Source of the DNA: Octopus vulgaris
Taxonomy: Eukaryota
Length of the DNA stretch: 64,000 bases
Assembly: GCA_951406725.2 (NCBI GenBank)
Contig: OX597822.1
Coordinates: 17,918,001 to 17,982,000 of the forward strand
Reading direction: 5' to 3'
Below the pieces are notes generated by a model. The model was not told the DNA's origin and did no database searches. It worked only from the letters and a program-made list of their open reading frames with translations. Positions within the stretch are counted from its first letter, which is position 1. Each line of letters begins with the position of its first letter. Of the stretch, positions 52,865 to 64,000 are shown piece after piece. Both the position numbers and the translations under genes were made by a program.

Positions 52865-52942
52865 GTTCTAACTTTAAATGGTGTTGACAATTGTGCTGTC
52901 TTGGTTCATGAAAATCTTCATTTTGGATTTGGAAGTAACGAG
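52865..52942 (+). CDS. Candidate internal coding exon of an unidentified host gene (VLTLNGVDNCAVLVHENLHFGFGSNE)
   Basis: Acceptor tttttatttttag|G, donor GAG|gtaaat, 78 nt, phase 0-0, open frame, non-repetitive. The product was not recognised. Confidence 0.5.
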
Positions 52943-53976
52943 GTAAATTTACATTTTCGCATTTATTTACTATTTTCTTTTTCATTTTTTCTATTTTTTA
53001 TTGATTTATTTGTTTTAAATTCTAGGCAGGAATTTGTGTTTCAGTTTATATGTATTCCTAACACAGCTGAGATTTGTATTTCAATCGTTATCAGCTTTCT
53101 GTGGAAATTGCCCAATTAATAACACACACACACGTATATACTGAACATATATATATAGGTAGATAGATACACACATGCATATATATACAAATATATATAT
53201 ACACATATATGCTTGCAAACATACATACATACACAACACATGTATAAATGTCCATGCAAACTCACACACATGTGTAATTGGGAAATAAGCATTAAACAGC
53301 AACAACACCAATGTTACAATACTTTTGCTGAAGCCAACACAACCAACATTAAAAATAACAAACTGTTTAGATTCCTATGGAGAAATTTCCTGTTTAGCTT
53401 CAACTGAAAAGCTGCCATTACACAGTCTAGAAACAATTTTGACACTGATGGAAGTTGCTAATTGGGAAAAATTATTTTATATTTCTTTCATTTAAGAAAT
53501 CAATGTCTCAATAAAGAAAAAATATACAAAAGATAAATATAATTAAATTAAAAGAGGAAAAATTGAAGTGTTACGGTTGGATGGAATATGTAGGTGGAAT
53601 ATGTAGAGAAATGGCATGTTTCTATGACTTTTGATTAAAATCTTGTTTAAATTACTTAATTTACTTAAGTACAGTTTAGTTTCAAGTCTGGTGGTCATTC
53701 TATCATATATGTGATATGAAAATAAGTGATGAGGAAAAGACTAAAACCTATTAGAGACTAATTATATATTAATCTATTTTATAAGTTGTTTGTCTGATAA
53801 GGAATTGCTGACACTCAGTGTTGCATTGGAATGGATTGGTCTTGATTAGTCCCTTGAAATGACACACATTTTGTCAACTTTCAGAATTTTAAATTCCATG
53901 TAGTACAAATGACATGTGGCATCCACTTTGGTTGTTGTGGGTTTGAAATTTCTTGGAAGATGTGGAGTGACTTTAA

Positions 53977-54023
<47 letters not shown>

Positions 54024-54026
<3 letters not shown>

Positions 54027-54229
54027 AGATAAGAAAATGGAGAAATACAACTAAATCAAATATCAATTATCAGATAATACTCAATCACATACATTATTAA
54101 ACCACCACATGTGCATGCTCATGTATGTGCATACAGGTACATCTCGGCGTATCCACTTATATTTACTATATTAGGTTTATCTTTGTGCTCTTCTTAATTT
54201 GTATTCCATTTTATTTATCTATCTATCTA

Positions 54230-54261
<32 letters not shown>

Positions 54262-55765
54262 TTTATTTAATTTATTTAATTATTTATTTTTGTTTATTTG
54301 GCACTTACTAACTTATAATTAATTTAATTTAATTTATAATTAATGAACTCATATCTAAGTTAATAGTAACTTCTGTTTACTTTTTGTGTATGTATATATT
54401 CGTTTTTGGATGGGCAGACATATATTTTTAATTTATGATTTAGTGGATGTGGGTTGAGGTGGCGATGTGTGTGAAAATGTGTATGTATACGAATGTATGT
54501 TTTTGTACGTATAGGTATGTTCGTGGGTGGATGTACGGATGTATGTTTTTCTTATACATATGAGTACGCAGGTGCGTATTTGGATATGTATATATGTATA
54601 TGCAAATATTTTTTCATGGGTGGATATAAGTATAGGTTTTATTTGTACGTATGAGTGCGTAGACATATATTTAAATATGTATATATATGTGTGCGCGAAT
54701 GTTCTCTGATACAGTATATGAGATTGTATTAATATCTATGAGTATATGCGGATGTGCGTGTGAGTGTGTGTGTTAGTGTATAGACACTGCGGCCTGTACT
54801 GATTTGTCTATAAGCCATGCGATGACAGACATACACTCTGCAATCTAGTGAATGTGTAGCAATATGTCGGGGTTTATTCAAGTGTGTGTGCATGTGTGTG
54901 TGGGTTTAGGGTTGAATGTGGATGTGTATGTTTTTCTTGTGTGGTGTGGGGGCAGCTCTCAATGGACCAACCATGAGGTAGACAATGATAATTTAAATTC
55001 AAATCCAATAGTGTATTTATGCCATAAGGAAAATTACTAAATGGAACCCTGACATACATATGTGCCAATTTGGATCCTAATGTAAGCGATATTAATAATA
55101 TTATGAATGATAATGATGGTAGCATTAATGGTATTGACAACGATAATGATGCTAACTTTAATGACACTTTTGAAATTAGTAAGAAGTAATATAATGCACT
55201 ATTGACTATGTATATTTGCATCTAGGTACTAATATGTGTATGTTTATTATCACAATATTAAGTTGAAAAACTGAAACATTTAATGTGGAACATATATATG
55301 TTTACTAATTTATATTATTTATTTGCATTATTATGTATATGTATATTTTTATATGTATAGGGGTGTGAGTATATGCACTCATATGTATATCTCCGAAGAG
55401 GCCTTATGATACTTTTGTAAATGTCTCATTTATATCCATATATTGACCTACCATAATAGGCTAATATTGGTAAAATGAGACATACTTATCTACATGGCTG
55501 AAACAGCTGTAAGATGTAATCTATACTTATATTTATATTTACTTATATTTATATTTTCTTTTTTATATATATTCTACTTATTATACAACATTACTCTTTT
55601 ATGTACACTTTTTTATGTACATTCCTTTATGTACACTGATTTGTTCTACTTTTTTATGTTTAACCCTACAGTCTCTTATGTGGTGGTTTAATAAAGTATG
55701 TGATTGAGTATTATCTGATAATTGATATTTGATTTAGATGTATTTTTTCCATTTTCTTATCTTGT
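54024..55765 (+). mobile_element. Penelope-like non-coding element with about 87 bp terminal inverted repeat and a hammerhead
   Basis: 54024-54110 is the reverse complement of 55678-55765, with a few mismatches. It starts directly after (TA)n. The hammerhead is at 55386-55518. Confidence 0.65.
55386..55518 (+). ncRNA. Type I hammerhead motif with long stem II and CCGA core variant
   Basis: tatatct-CCGAAGA-ggcc...ggct-GAAA-cagctg-TA-agatgta: 7 bp stem I and palindromic stem III CAGCTG. The stem II loop contains the hairpin tgtctcattt/aaatgagaca. Confidence 0.65.
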
Positions 55766-57319
55766 ATTAGTAATTTGTGGTAAATCATTTTACCTTTGCC
55801 CATATAATACAGTAAATGAATTGATTGCATTGCAATCCTTAACATTTATGTATTAACTTTGTTGGGTACTTCACTAGCAGTATATTGGATATATGTTATC
55901 CCATGGAGGGTTGCATTTACAACCCCTATCCCGATTTTATTTCTTGAACTTCATCTCACCTTATTTTACCTGATCTCATTCACCTTATGGTTTCAATTAA
56001 TTTGTATTTAGCTATTTATCCATATTCTTTCAGCTCATTGTTTTCTCTTTCAATTTAAGTAATTTCAAACACAGTAAATACATGTTGACTCATAAAATAG
56101 TAAATCCAGTTGCATAACTTTGTCAGAATCAGTATAAATGCAGTAATATTGTCTCCCTGTATCTCTTTTATGTGTAGTAAGTTCTAGACTTTCAGACAAT
56201 TGGTTATGATTATAATCCCTTTTAGTTAATTAACTAATTATTAATCTACTATGAGTTTTTTTTTTGTGTGTGTGTGTATGTGTGTGTATACATGTGTAAA
56301 ATGTTTGTATCTGTGTATGTGTGTGTCTGAACACCACTGTGTATAAATGTGTATGTGCTACTACACACATATGAATCTATGTGTTTGCTAATATGCTTTT
56401 TACAGTATGTGTGTAGTTGATACCATATCAACATTGTTCAAAATACACAGCCATCCCTGAAAACCAGCAGAGCATGAAATTCCAACTACTCACCTGTCCT
56501 TTCTGTCTCTGATCTTTCTTTTAAACCTTATTTTGTTCCCATTTTATGTCTATCCCTTACTACTTTTCATTATTTTTTCATTTTCATTTATTCATTCTAT
56601 TCTTCCTTTAACTTAATTGGTCAACCAATTTGTTCTATCTTAGTCACCATTTGTCTTCCTTTGACAACCCTATTTTTACATTTTTTTTTTCTCTTCAGTT
56701 TTAATTTTCACTGTATTTATTATCTTCTGTTTCTTCCTCTGAATTTATATTGTTCTTTCACTATTGTCCCCTTCCTCCAAGTATTGCCATAACTGACAAT
56801 ATGCTGAGTATTGCCAGTGAGAGCCAGCTTCTTTCTTCTCTGTAGTAGAGTTGAATGTTTTTAACTACAATGAGTTGTTCTAAGGATTAAACTGTTGGTT
56901 TCCATCTCAGCCCCACTTACACATGTTTATATATGTTTATATATAAAAACATATTTTATGTATAGGCTTTAAATAAATATTTTAAAAATTAGGAAAAAAA
57001 AAGTTTTCTTTCCAGGAACCTGAAAAACATAGGCAACTGCTTATACGATGGTCACTATTAATTAGTGTAATTTGAAGCCAATTATCACCTTGGTTTCAAA
57101 CACATCACATCACAAATATGGCTAATTATTCATTTAGACCAGTCAGGCAATATCTTGACCAATTTGCTGATCGTTTAGATTGTCATATTTCCTAAAATAT
57201 TCATCCAAATTTCACAAATGACTTATCAAAATGTTTCTTTCTGGATGCTCTCCAAGAAAAAGTGCAGTAGAAATTACATTTAGATATTTTCAAAAATTCA
57301 TAGTCATACATAGTTATAT

Positions 57320-57658
57320 ATCATCATCATCATCGTTTAACATCCGCTTTCCATTGTGGCATGGGTTGGATGATTTAACTGAGGACTGGCGAACCAGATG
57401 GCTGCACCAGGCTCCAATCTGATCTGGCAGAGTTTCTACAGCTGGATGCCCTTCCTAATGCCAACCACTCCGAGAGTGTAGTGGGTGCTTTTACATGCCA
57501 CTGGCATGTGGGCCAGTCAGGTGGTACCGGCAACGGCCATGCTCAAATGGTGTTTTTTATGTGCCATCTGCACAGGAACCAGTCAACGACCTTACTCTGG
57601 CACTGGCAATGACCTCGCTCGAATGTTTTTCATATGCCACCAGCACAAGTGCCAGTGA
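57320..57658 (-). mobile_element. RTE LINE 3' UTR fragment
   Basis: (CAT)n followed by the reverse complement of the 160-524 sequence. Confidence 0.75.
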
Positions 57659-57659
57659 T

Positions 57660-58995
57660 ATCTTCATCTTCATCATTTAGCATCCATTATCCATGCTGGC
57701 ATAGGTTGGACGGTTTCACCAGGGCTGGCACGCTGGAAGGCTGCACCAGACTCCAGTCTGATTTGGCATTGTTTCTACTACTGGATGCCCTTCCTAACCC
57801 CAATCATTCCAATAGTGTAATGAGTGCTTTTACATGCCACCAGCAAGGGTGCCATATGTGTGACACTGGTATGACCATGATTTTGCTCGGTTTGATGGGT
57901 CTTCTTCTCAAGCACAACATTATGCCAAAGGTCTCAGTCAAAGGCCTCCATGAGGCCCAACACTCGAAAGGAGCTTTTCATGTGTCACTGGCATCAGCCG
58001 CCTTGCCTCCACGAGGCCCTACGCTTGAAAGGTGCTTTTTACGTGCCACTGGTATTGGTGCCAGTGGCACATAACTACAATTTTATTTAACTACGATAAC
58101 TACTAGCCATAACTATGATTTCATTTGACTTGACAGGTCACCAGAGGTCTCAGTCACTAGTCATTGTTTCTGTGAGGGCCAAATCATGCTTCATCACCTC
58201 ATCCCATCTCTTCCTGGGTCTACCTCTACCACAGGTTCCCATTACAGTTAGAGATTGGCACTTCTTTACACAGCTGTCCTCATCCATATGCATCACATGC
58301 ACATACCATCGCAGTCGTTTCTCTTGCACACCACATCTGATGTTTCTTATGTCCAACTTTTCTCTCAGGATGTTTATACTCTGTTGAACATGCATCACTG
58401 CACATCCAGTGAAACAAACTAGCTTCATTTCTTTCAAGCCTATGCATGTACCCAGCTGTCACAGCCCATGTTTCACTGCCATGTAGCTTAGCTGTTTGCA
58501 CACAGGCATCATCCAATCTGCCTTTCACTCTGAGGGAGAGGTCTTTGTTGGCAGCAGAGTTATGAGCTCTCTGAACTTTGCCCAGCCTATTCTTATTCTC
58601 ATAGCTACACTCTCGGAGCATCCACCTCCACTACTAACTTGGTCACCTAGATAACGGAAGCTATCTACCACCTCTAGCTTACCCCTTGACAGTTGATGGA
58701 GTCTATTTTCTGTACATTTTCGGTATTTATTGTACCTGTGCATCTTCCACACACAAAAGCTGTTTTACCTGTTAACCTTCCTCTGATATTGCTGCACCTC
58801 TTGTCTCCATAACTTACAATGGGTACATCTTTGTACCTACAGCTTTCCTACAGATCAAGCAGGGTCATCTATCTGAAGGGGTTTGTGGTTTGTTTGCCTT
58901 CCTACTTACTAAAAATTTGCTTTTTTGTTAGGTTAACTTGAAGACCCTTCAATTCTAGACCTTGCTTCCATACCTGAAACCACTACTTCTTCAGG
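57660..58995 (-). mobile_element. 5'-truncated RTE-clade LINE (RT C-terminus and 3' UTR)
   Basis: KLEVVDSFRYLGD...RIRIGWAKFREL, LRVKGRL..CVQTAKLHGSETWAV, QEKRLRWYVHVM...GRGRPRKRWDE. The 3' UTR has repeated gtggcacgtaaaaagcac-like motifs. Confidence 0.85.
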
Positions 58996-58997
58996 TG

Positions 58998-59029
<32 letters not shown>

Positions 59030-60263
59030 ATATATATCACCTGAAATATATTGACAATGTATATTTAATGATACACAGATATGGCTAGGATGCACAGTGT
59101 TTAAACAAATGCTGCATAAAATAAGTCAAATTTGTCAGAAGGTTGCTGTGCTGATGATACCATAACTGCCCATTATTTTTTCCGATACACCAGGCACTCT
59201 GAGTAAATTCTCATACCTCAGTTTTATTATCTAGTAATAAGGATGTGTGTGTTTGTGTGTATCAATTTTTAGTACCTACAAGTGATAAATTACAAAACTG
59301 AATCAGTAGAACTTGAGTTAATGCTCAAAGAAGAAATGGGTAGAAAAAACGTTCTTTCCATGAATTTCCTCCAAACTGTTTTGTATCTTCAATGAAATAT
59401 CTCGCTTCATAAAATGCTTACTTAATACATCACAGGTCATAATGTGCTGATGATTTCTAAAGATTTTAAGAACTTTGTAATAAAAAATAAATAAACAAGA
59501 AAACATTTAATTTGTGAATTCTGTATTTGTTCCTCATAGTTCATCACTTTCAATTCAAATTTTTAATCCTGATGAATGATATGAAAAATGGTTATCTCCC
59601 TTGTAATAACTGCCTCCATTAGAGGAAGACATGTTTAAATCTTAACTGAATAGTTCAAAAATATCACAACTTAGAGCTTTGCTTTGCCATTTTATCAGCT
59701 GACAGAATCCAAGAGTGCTGCTTCTTACATCATCAAAGTTTTGAAAGCCTCTCAGAAGAATGTATATGATTTTATTTGCAAAAGAAATAATGTCATACAA
59801 GCAACGTTTTAGTAAAGTGAAGCCAGCAGTAAAGAAGGGAAATCCCTCTAAAGTGAATTCTTGGACATCTTCTGTTGCTGTTTCAACATCTTTTCGAAAG
59901 TGAAGGCAGCCTGTTATTACACAAGCGGTATTTACTTTCTTGAACACAAGCTGCCAATAATTCCATGTTTTTCAGTTCCACCGTTTCTATTCTGCAACAA
60001 TATTCTTATCTTCTCACTCAAAGACTACACTGATACTATAATGACTTTGCGAATTAATTTGCCTCATTATCATCTTCAAATTACTGAATATTTCATTGTT
60101 TGACTCAGAAATATAAAAAAAAAAATATATATAAAGTGAAATAAATGATAAAATTAGAACTTGTAACTATATTCATCCAGGTTAACTTATGAGAATGCAA
60201 TTACTTTTTTTTTTTTTGGTTATGTGTGTGTGCGTGTATAGAGAAACAGTGTGTGTATGTGAG

Positions 60264-60654
60264 AGAGGCACAGGTATAGCTATATGGCGGCGAGCTGGCA
60301 GAAACGTTAGCACGCCGGGCGAAATGCTTTGCGGTATTTCGTCCGCCGCTGCGTTCTGAGTTCAAATTCCACCGAGGTCGACTTTGCCTTTCATCCTTTC
60401 GGGGTCGATAAATTAAGTACCAGTTACGCACTGGAGTCAATGTAATCGACTTAATCCGTTTGTCTGTCTTTGATTGTCCCCTCTGTGTTTAGCCCCTTGT
60501 GGGTAGTAACGAAATAGGTATAGCTATATGGCTGTTTGCTTCCCAGATCTATATTTCTGGTTCAGTCCCTCTGCTTTGGCAAATGTTTTCTAACTGTAGC
60601 CCCAGACCAATCGAAGTCTTTTAAGTGATTTTGCTTGACAGAAACTGAAAGAAG

Positions 60655-60710
<56 letters not shown>

Positions 60711-60965
60711 GTGTGTGTGCATGTGTTGCTGTTTTCTTGTTTTGTTAGTGTGTGAGAGATGTAAACAAGTGTCAGCATCTTATGAGGAATATTGGTCATT
60801 TGCAATCTTCCACAAAAACATGCCTGGCCTTGGGTAAATATTGCTTTGCTTGGAAATGAGTGAGGGTTGGTGACAGAAAGGATATCTAGCCACAAAAAAA
60901 TGTAGTTCTATGAATTCTATGTGAGCCAAGTATGGAAAAGTGAACATTAAGAAGAAGATGATGGA
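60264..60965 (+). mobile_element. Old SINE with RTE-like tail, interrupted in its head by the 60289 SINE
   Basis: aggcacaggtatagctatatggc|...tgcttccc...ggttcagtccc...agaaactgaaagaag...gagggttggtgacagaaaggatatctagc...gaagatgatg. Confidence 0.65.
60289..60515 (+). mobile_element. Young SINE with 17 bp target-site duplication
   Basis: aggtatagctatatggc at 60272-60288 and 60516-60532. A-box-like agctggcagaa and B-box gagttcaaattcc. Core gcctttcatcctttcggggtcgataaattaagtaccag. The SINE is CpG-rich, consistent with youth. Confidence 0.9.
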
Positions 60966-62629
60966 AACACACTATTTTTTTAACAATAGCATTATTAATT
61001 ACTAATTTCAATGAGTCTGACTGTTTTACAACAATGAGAGTGAGAAGGGAGTGTTTGTGTAGCTTAGGGAGAATAAATGTTACAGAATAATTTGACTTTG
61101 TATGCACCCAGCATGATCATCATCATCATCATAACTGACATTTACCTCTTGTACCAATATACATCGGTAGAAAGTGTACTATGCACACACACATGCAGAC
61201 TTGTGTGTGTGTGTGTAGGGAGAGAGAAGAGAGAGAGAGAGATTCTCACAGACCATGATGGCAGAGTGTCACTTTTAGTGTCTGGTTCAAAAATTGCCAA
61301 CTAATTTATCAGCAGGAAACCGTTGGTACCAGAAACTTAATGTAAAGTCCATTAAGAAATTGATTTTCTACATTGTTGGTGTTTAGTGCTCGTTTCAGTT
61401 CATTATCAGTATCTGTGTGTGTGTGTGTCTTTCAGTACATTTTGTGTCTACCAAATCCTCACAAGGCAAGGTAGAAGACACTTGCTTAAAGAAATACACT
61501 GTGGAATTGAACCCTGGACTCTGTGGTCACAAAGCCAAATTGTTAACCACTCTGCCATGCCTTCCCCATTTCATACTTGTCCCCTATTTGGTAAATGTTT
61601 ACTGAATCTCTCTCCCCCACATCCTACACTCACACATCCCCACCTTAAAAAAATAATAAAAAGAAAAACACAAACAAAGCCATATTCTGACATAAATGTC
61701 TTTGTTTCATTCTCGTTTTAGGTATGTTTTAGGAATTATCTCTAGAAATATTTTACTGCAAGTTCTTCAAACTATTGCAGTCTCTTGACATTTTATGTCT
61801 GTTTCTTTCTTTGTTTAGTAACTTTATTGAATGAGAGATGGTGAATAGAAACTGTGTTTGTATTTAGTGATAAACAAACAAAAAAATCCTACTGTTAAAA
61901 AAGAAATGAAAAAATTTAAATAAAAACCGTAATTTTTTTATAGGTTTCTCTTTCTGTTGTCTACGGGAGACTGTAAGGTTTTATTTTCCTTTATCAGTTT
62001 TACATAGATTTCAACTGACTTTATTGACCGATTCTATCTACTTTCTTCAACTCTCAAGCTAGATTGATGATAGAATGCTGGCTTCATACTTAGGACAGCA
62101 GTGTGCAGTGTTCTATCGATCAAGGTTGGTTGTGGGGGAAAGATTGTCATCTGAAAACAAATTGAAAAATAAGCAAACAGACAGTACATTGGATTATGTT
62201 GGTTCCTGGAGGATGTAACTGTCTGTGTTCTTGTGATTGAATTAAAGGAGAATAGGGATTTCACAGAGAATTATTTGCTGATTCTAGTTCAACCCAAATG
62301 CCAAAGACTGAAAAGTATGGTTAATTACTGAAACATTATGTTCTATTTCAATCAGTGCTTGAAGATGAATGCAACTCTTTGAAATCCTCTGTAGAATTTA
62401 ACAGAAGTCTTCTCTTCGATATCTTCTCTGAAATAAGTAGAAAATAAGGAATTGTTTCAAAGACAAATTAATCCTAGGAATATTGACAAGTGGAGGTGGA
62501 GGGAGTAGGAGATGCTTTCCTGAAGCTTTTAGTAAAACTAATGTGAATGAAACAATTCCAGCCGGGAACTGAAACTAAACTTGGGACAAAGTTTAATATA
62601 ATTTATGATAATATATAATATTACATGCA

Positions 62630-62793
62630 GCTCTTTACTGTAGCTTATACGTCAGAGTAATGCACAGTTTATTGTAACACACTCTTTACTGAATCACAGT
62701 TTCGAGTAACACAGAATCCTATCATGCATATTTCAATGTAACAAATAGTTTACTGTAACACAGTTTGCTGTAACACATAGGCCACTGTAACAC
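62630..62793. repeat. Degenerate tandem repeat of about 15-17 bp (agtttactgtaacac)
   Basis: Variants recur about 8 times, for example tttattgtaacac, tttactgtaacac, tttgctgtaacac, ccactgtaacac. Confidence 0.55.
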
Positions 62794-63414
62794 CTCATCC
62801 AATATAACCTGGTATTCTGATTGAAACCAGGGACCAGCAGAGACCCCTACCAACATTGGGCAACACCTGCAGTGTATTTATTTTATGAAGGAAGAAAGCA
62901 AACATTCTTCAAAATGTGAAGCTTTCTATTTACAGAATGTGAAATGGTGGAGTCTGTATTTGTCAGTTTGAATGGTATGGCTGCTTGGGTAATAAGGCTG
63001 CTTTGTAATCTTAGGCTTGGGTTCAGTACCACTGCATAGTACCTTGGGCAGTGGTCATCTTTTGTATCCTCAGATTGACCTTGGGTCAACACATGTCTGT
63101 TAAACTTCGTTTTCATCAATGGTTCAGTGTAGACTTTTGACTTGACTTGACTTGAGACAGCATTCACCCGGGGTGGGTTGTGCTGGCTTCATTCATCCTC
63201 AGTGCTGCATCTCTCACAAACGCCAACCAGGCCTGGTTATTTGAGGCTAACGTTAGCAGTTGGTCGGTCAGTGTAGAGTGACCAAATGGTCAACAAGTTT
63301 GCTTTGCCACCATCAAGTTCTCAGTTTGATCTCACGACAACTTGGGCAAATGATGATTAAGTGATGCTGCCATATGGCATCTACTACAATCTCTTCTGTA
63401 TATCCTAATTGCTA

Positions 63415-63895
63415 TCATCATCACTTTAACAGCCTTTTTCTATGCTTATATGATCAGATAGTATTTGTTGAGGTAGATTTTCTATGGCTGGATGCCCTTA
63501 ATGATGTCAACCCTCACCTGTTTCAAAGCAAGATAATATTCCCCCATCCACCCACCCACCAGACTCGGTCTTCATGAAAGAATGGAAAGAAACAATTGTG
63601 CTTGTGTGATGGTGATGCTCATTTACAACCCTCGCACGGTGTCTAGACAAGAGTACACACACACATACACACACAAACACACACACATGCACATTTCTAT
63701 GTATATGCACGTGTGTGTATGCATGTGCATGTCCAACCCGTTGATGATTATGATGTGTTTTTTTAATTTCCCATTTATCAAACCCACTTATAAGTTTTTG
63801 GTTGGCCAGGGCTATAGTAGAAGACACTTGCCCAAGGTTCTATGCAAGAGGACTGAAATAAAGATCACTTGATAAGGAAGCAAGCTTCTTAACCA
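63415..63895 (-). mobile_element. Old SINE with RTE-like tail
   Basis: catcatcactttaac...ctggatgccctt...ccctcacctgtttc...(CA)n...ggctatagtagaagacacttgcccaagg...aagcaagcttcttaacca. Confidence 0.7.
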
Positions 63896-64000
63896 TTAGA
63901 TATCAAAAGATATCTAATGGTCAGTGAAAGTAAAACTTCTGTGAGTTGATTTTGATAATTCTGGCAGTAGCACTTTGAGTTTATGAAGGCACTCCTATGG

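Noticed and set aside
59565-59600. CTGATGA...GAAA hammerhead-like core
   Set aside because: No credible stem II, stem III or stem I pairing.
62008-62124. Exon candidate between tttacatag and AAG|gttggt
   Set aside because: All three frames contain stops.

Overview
Repeat-dense, AT-rich eukaryotic DNA. The SINE, LINE and microsatellite content resembles an octopod (cephalopod mollusc) genome; this is an inference. There is no intact long host CDS. The + strand is T-rich and carries a few small candidate exons (best at 52865-52942), so the window is probably mostly intron of a large + strand gene. Recognisable mobile elements are: an L1/Tx1-type LINE (about 41240-48040) whose 5' region holds an indel-free array of 90 x 36 bp in frame with ORF1; two CR1-type LINEs; several RTE and R4/Dong LINE fragments; Tc1/mariner remnants; Helitron remnants; and many tRNA-derived SINEs. 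The most notable unannotated structure is a set of non-coding, (TA)n-embedded modules carrying type I hammerhead ribozyme motifs (seven motifs at five loci), several arranged as direct and/or inverted repeats in the manner of Penelope-like terminal repeats or retrozymes. All alignments and folds were done by eye, and coordinates of degenerate repeats are approximate.
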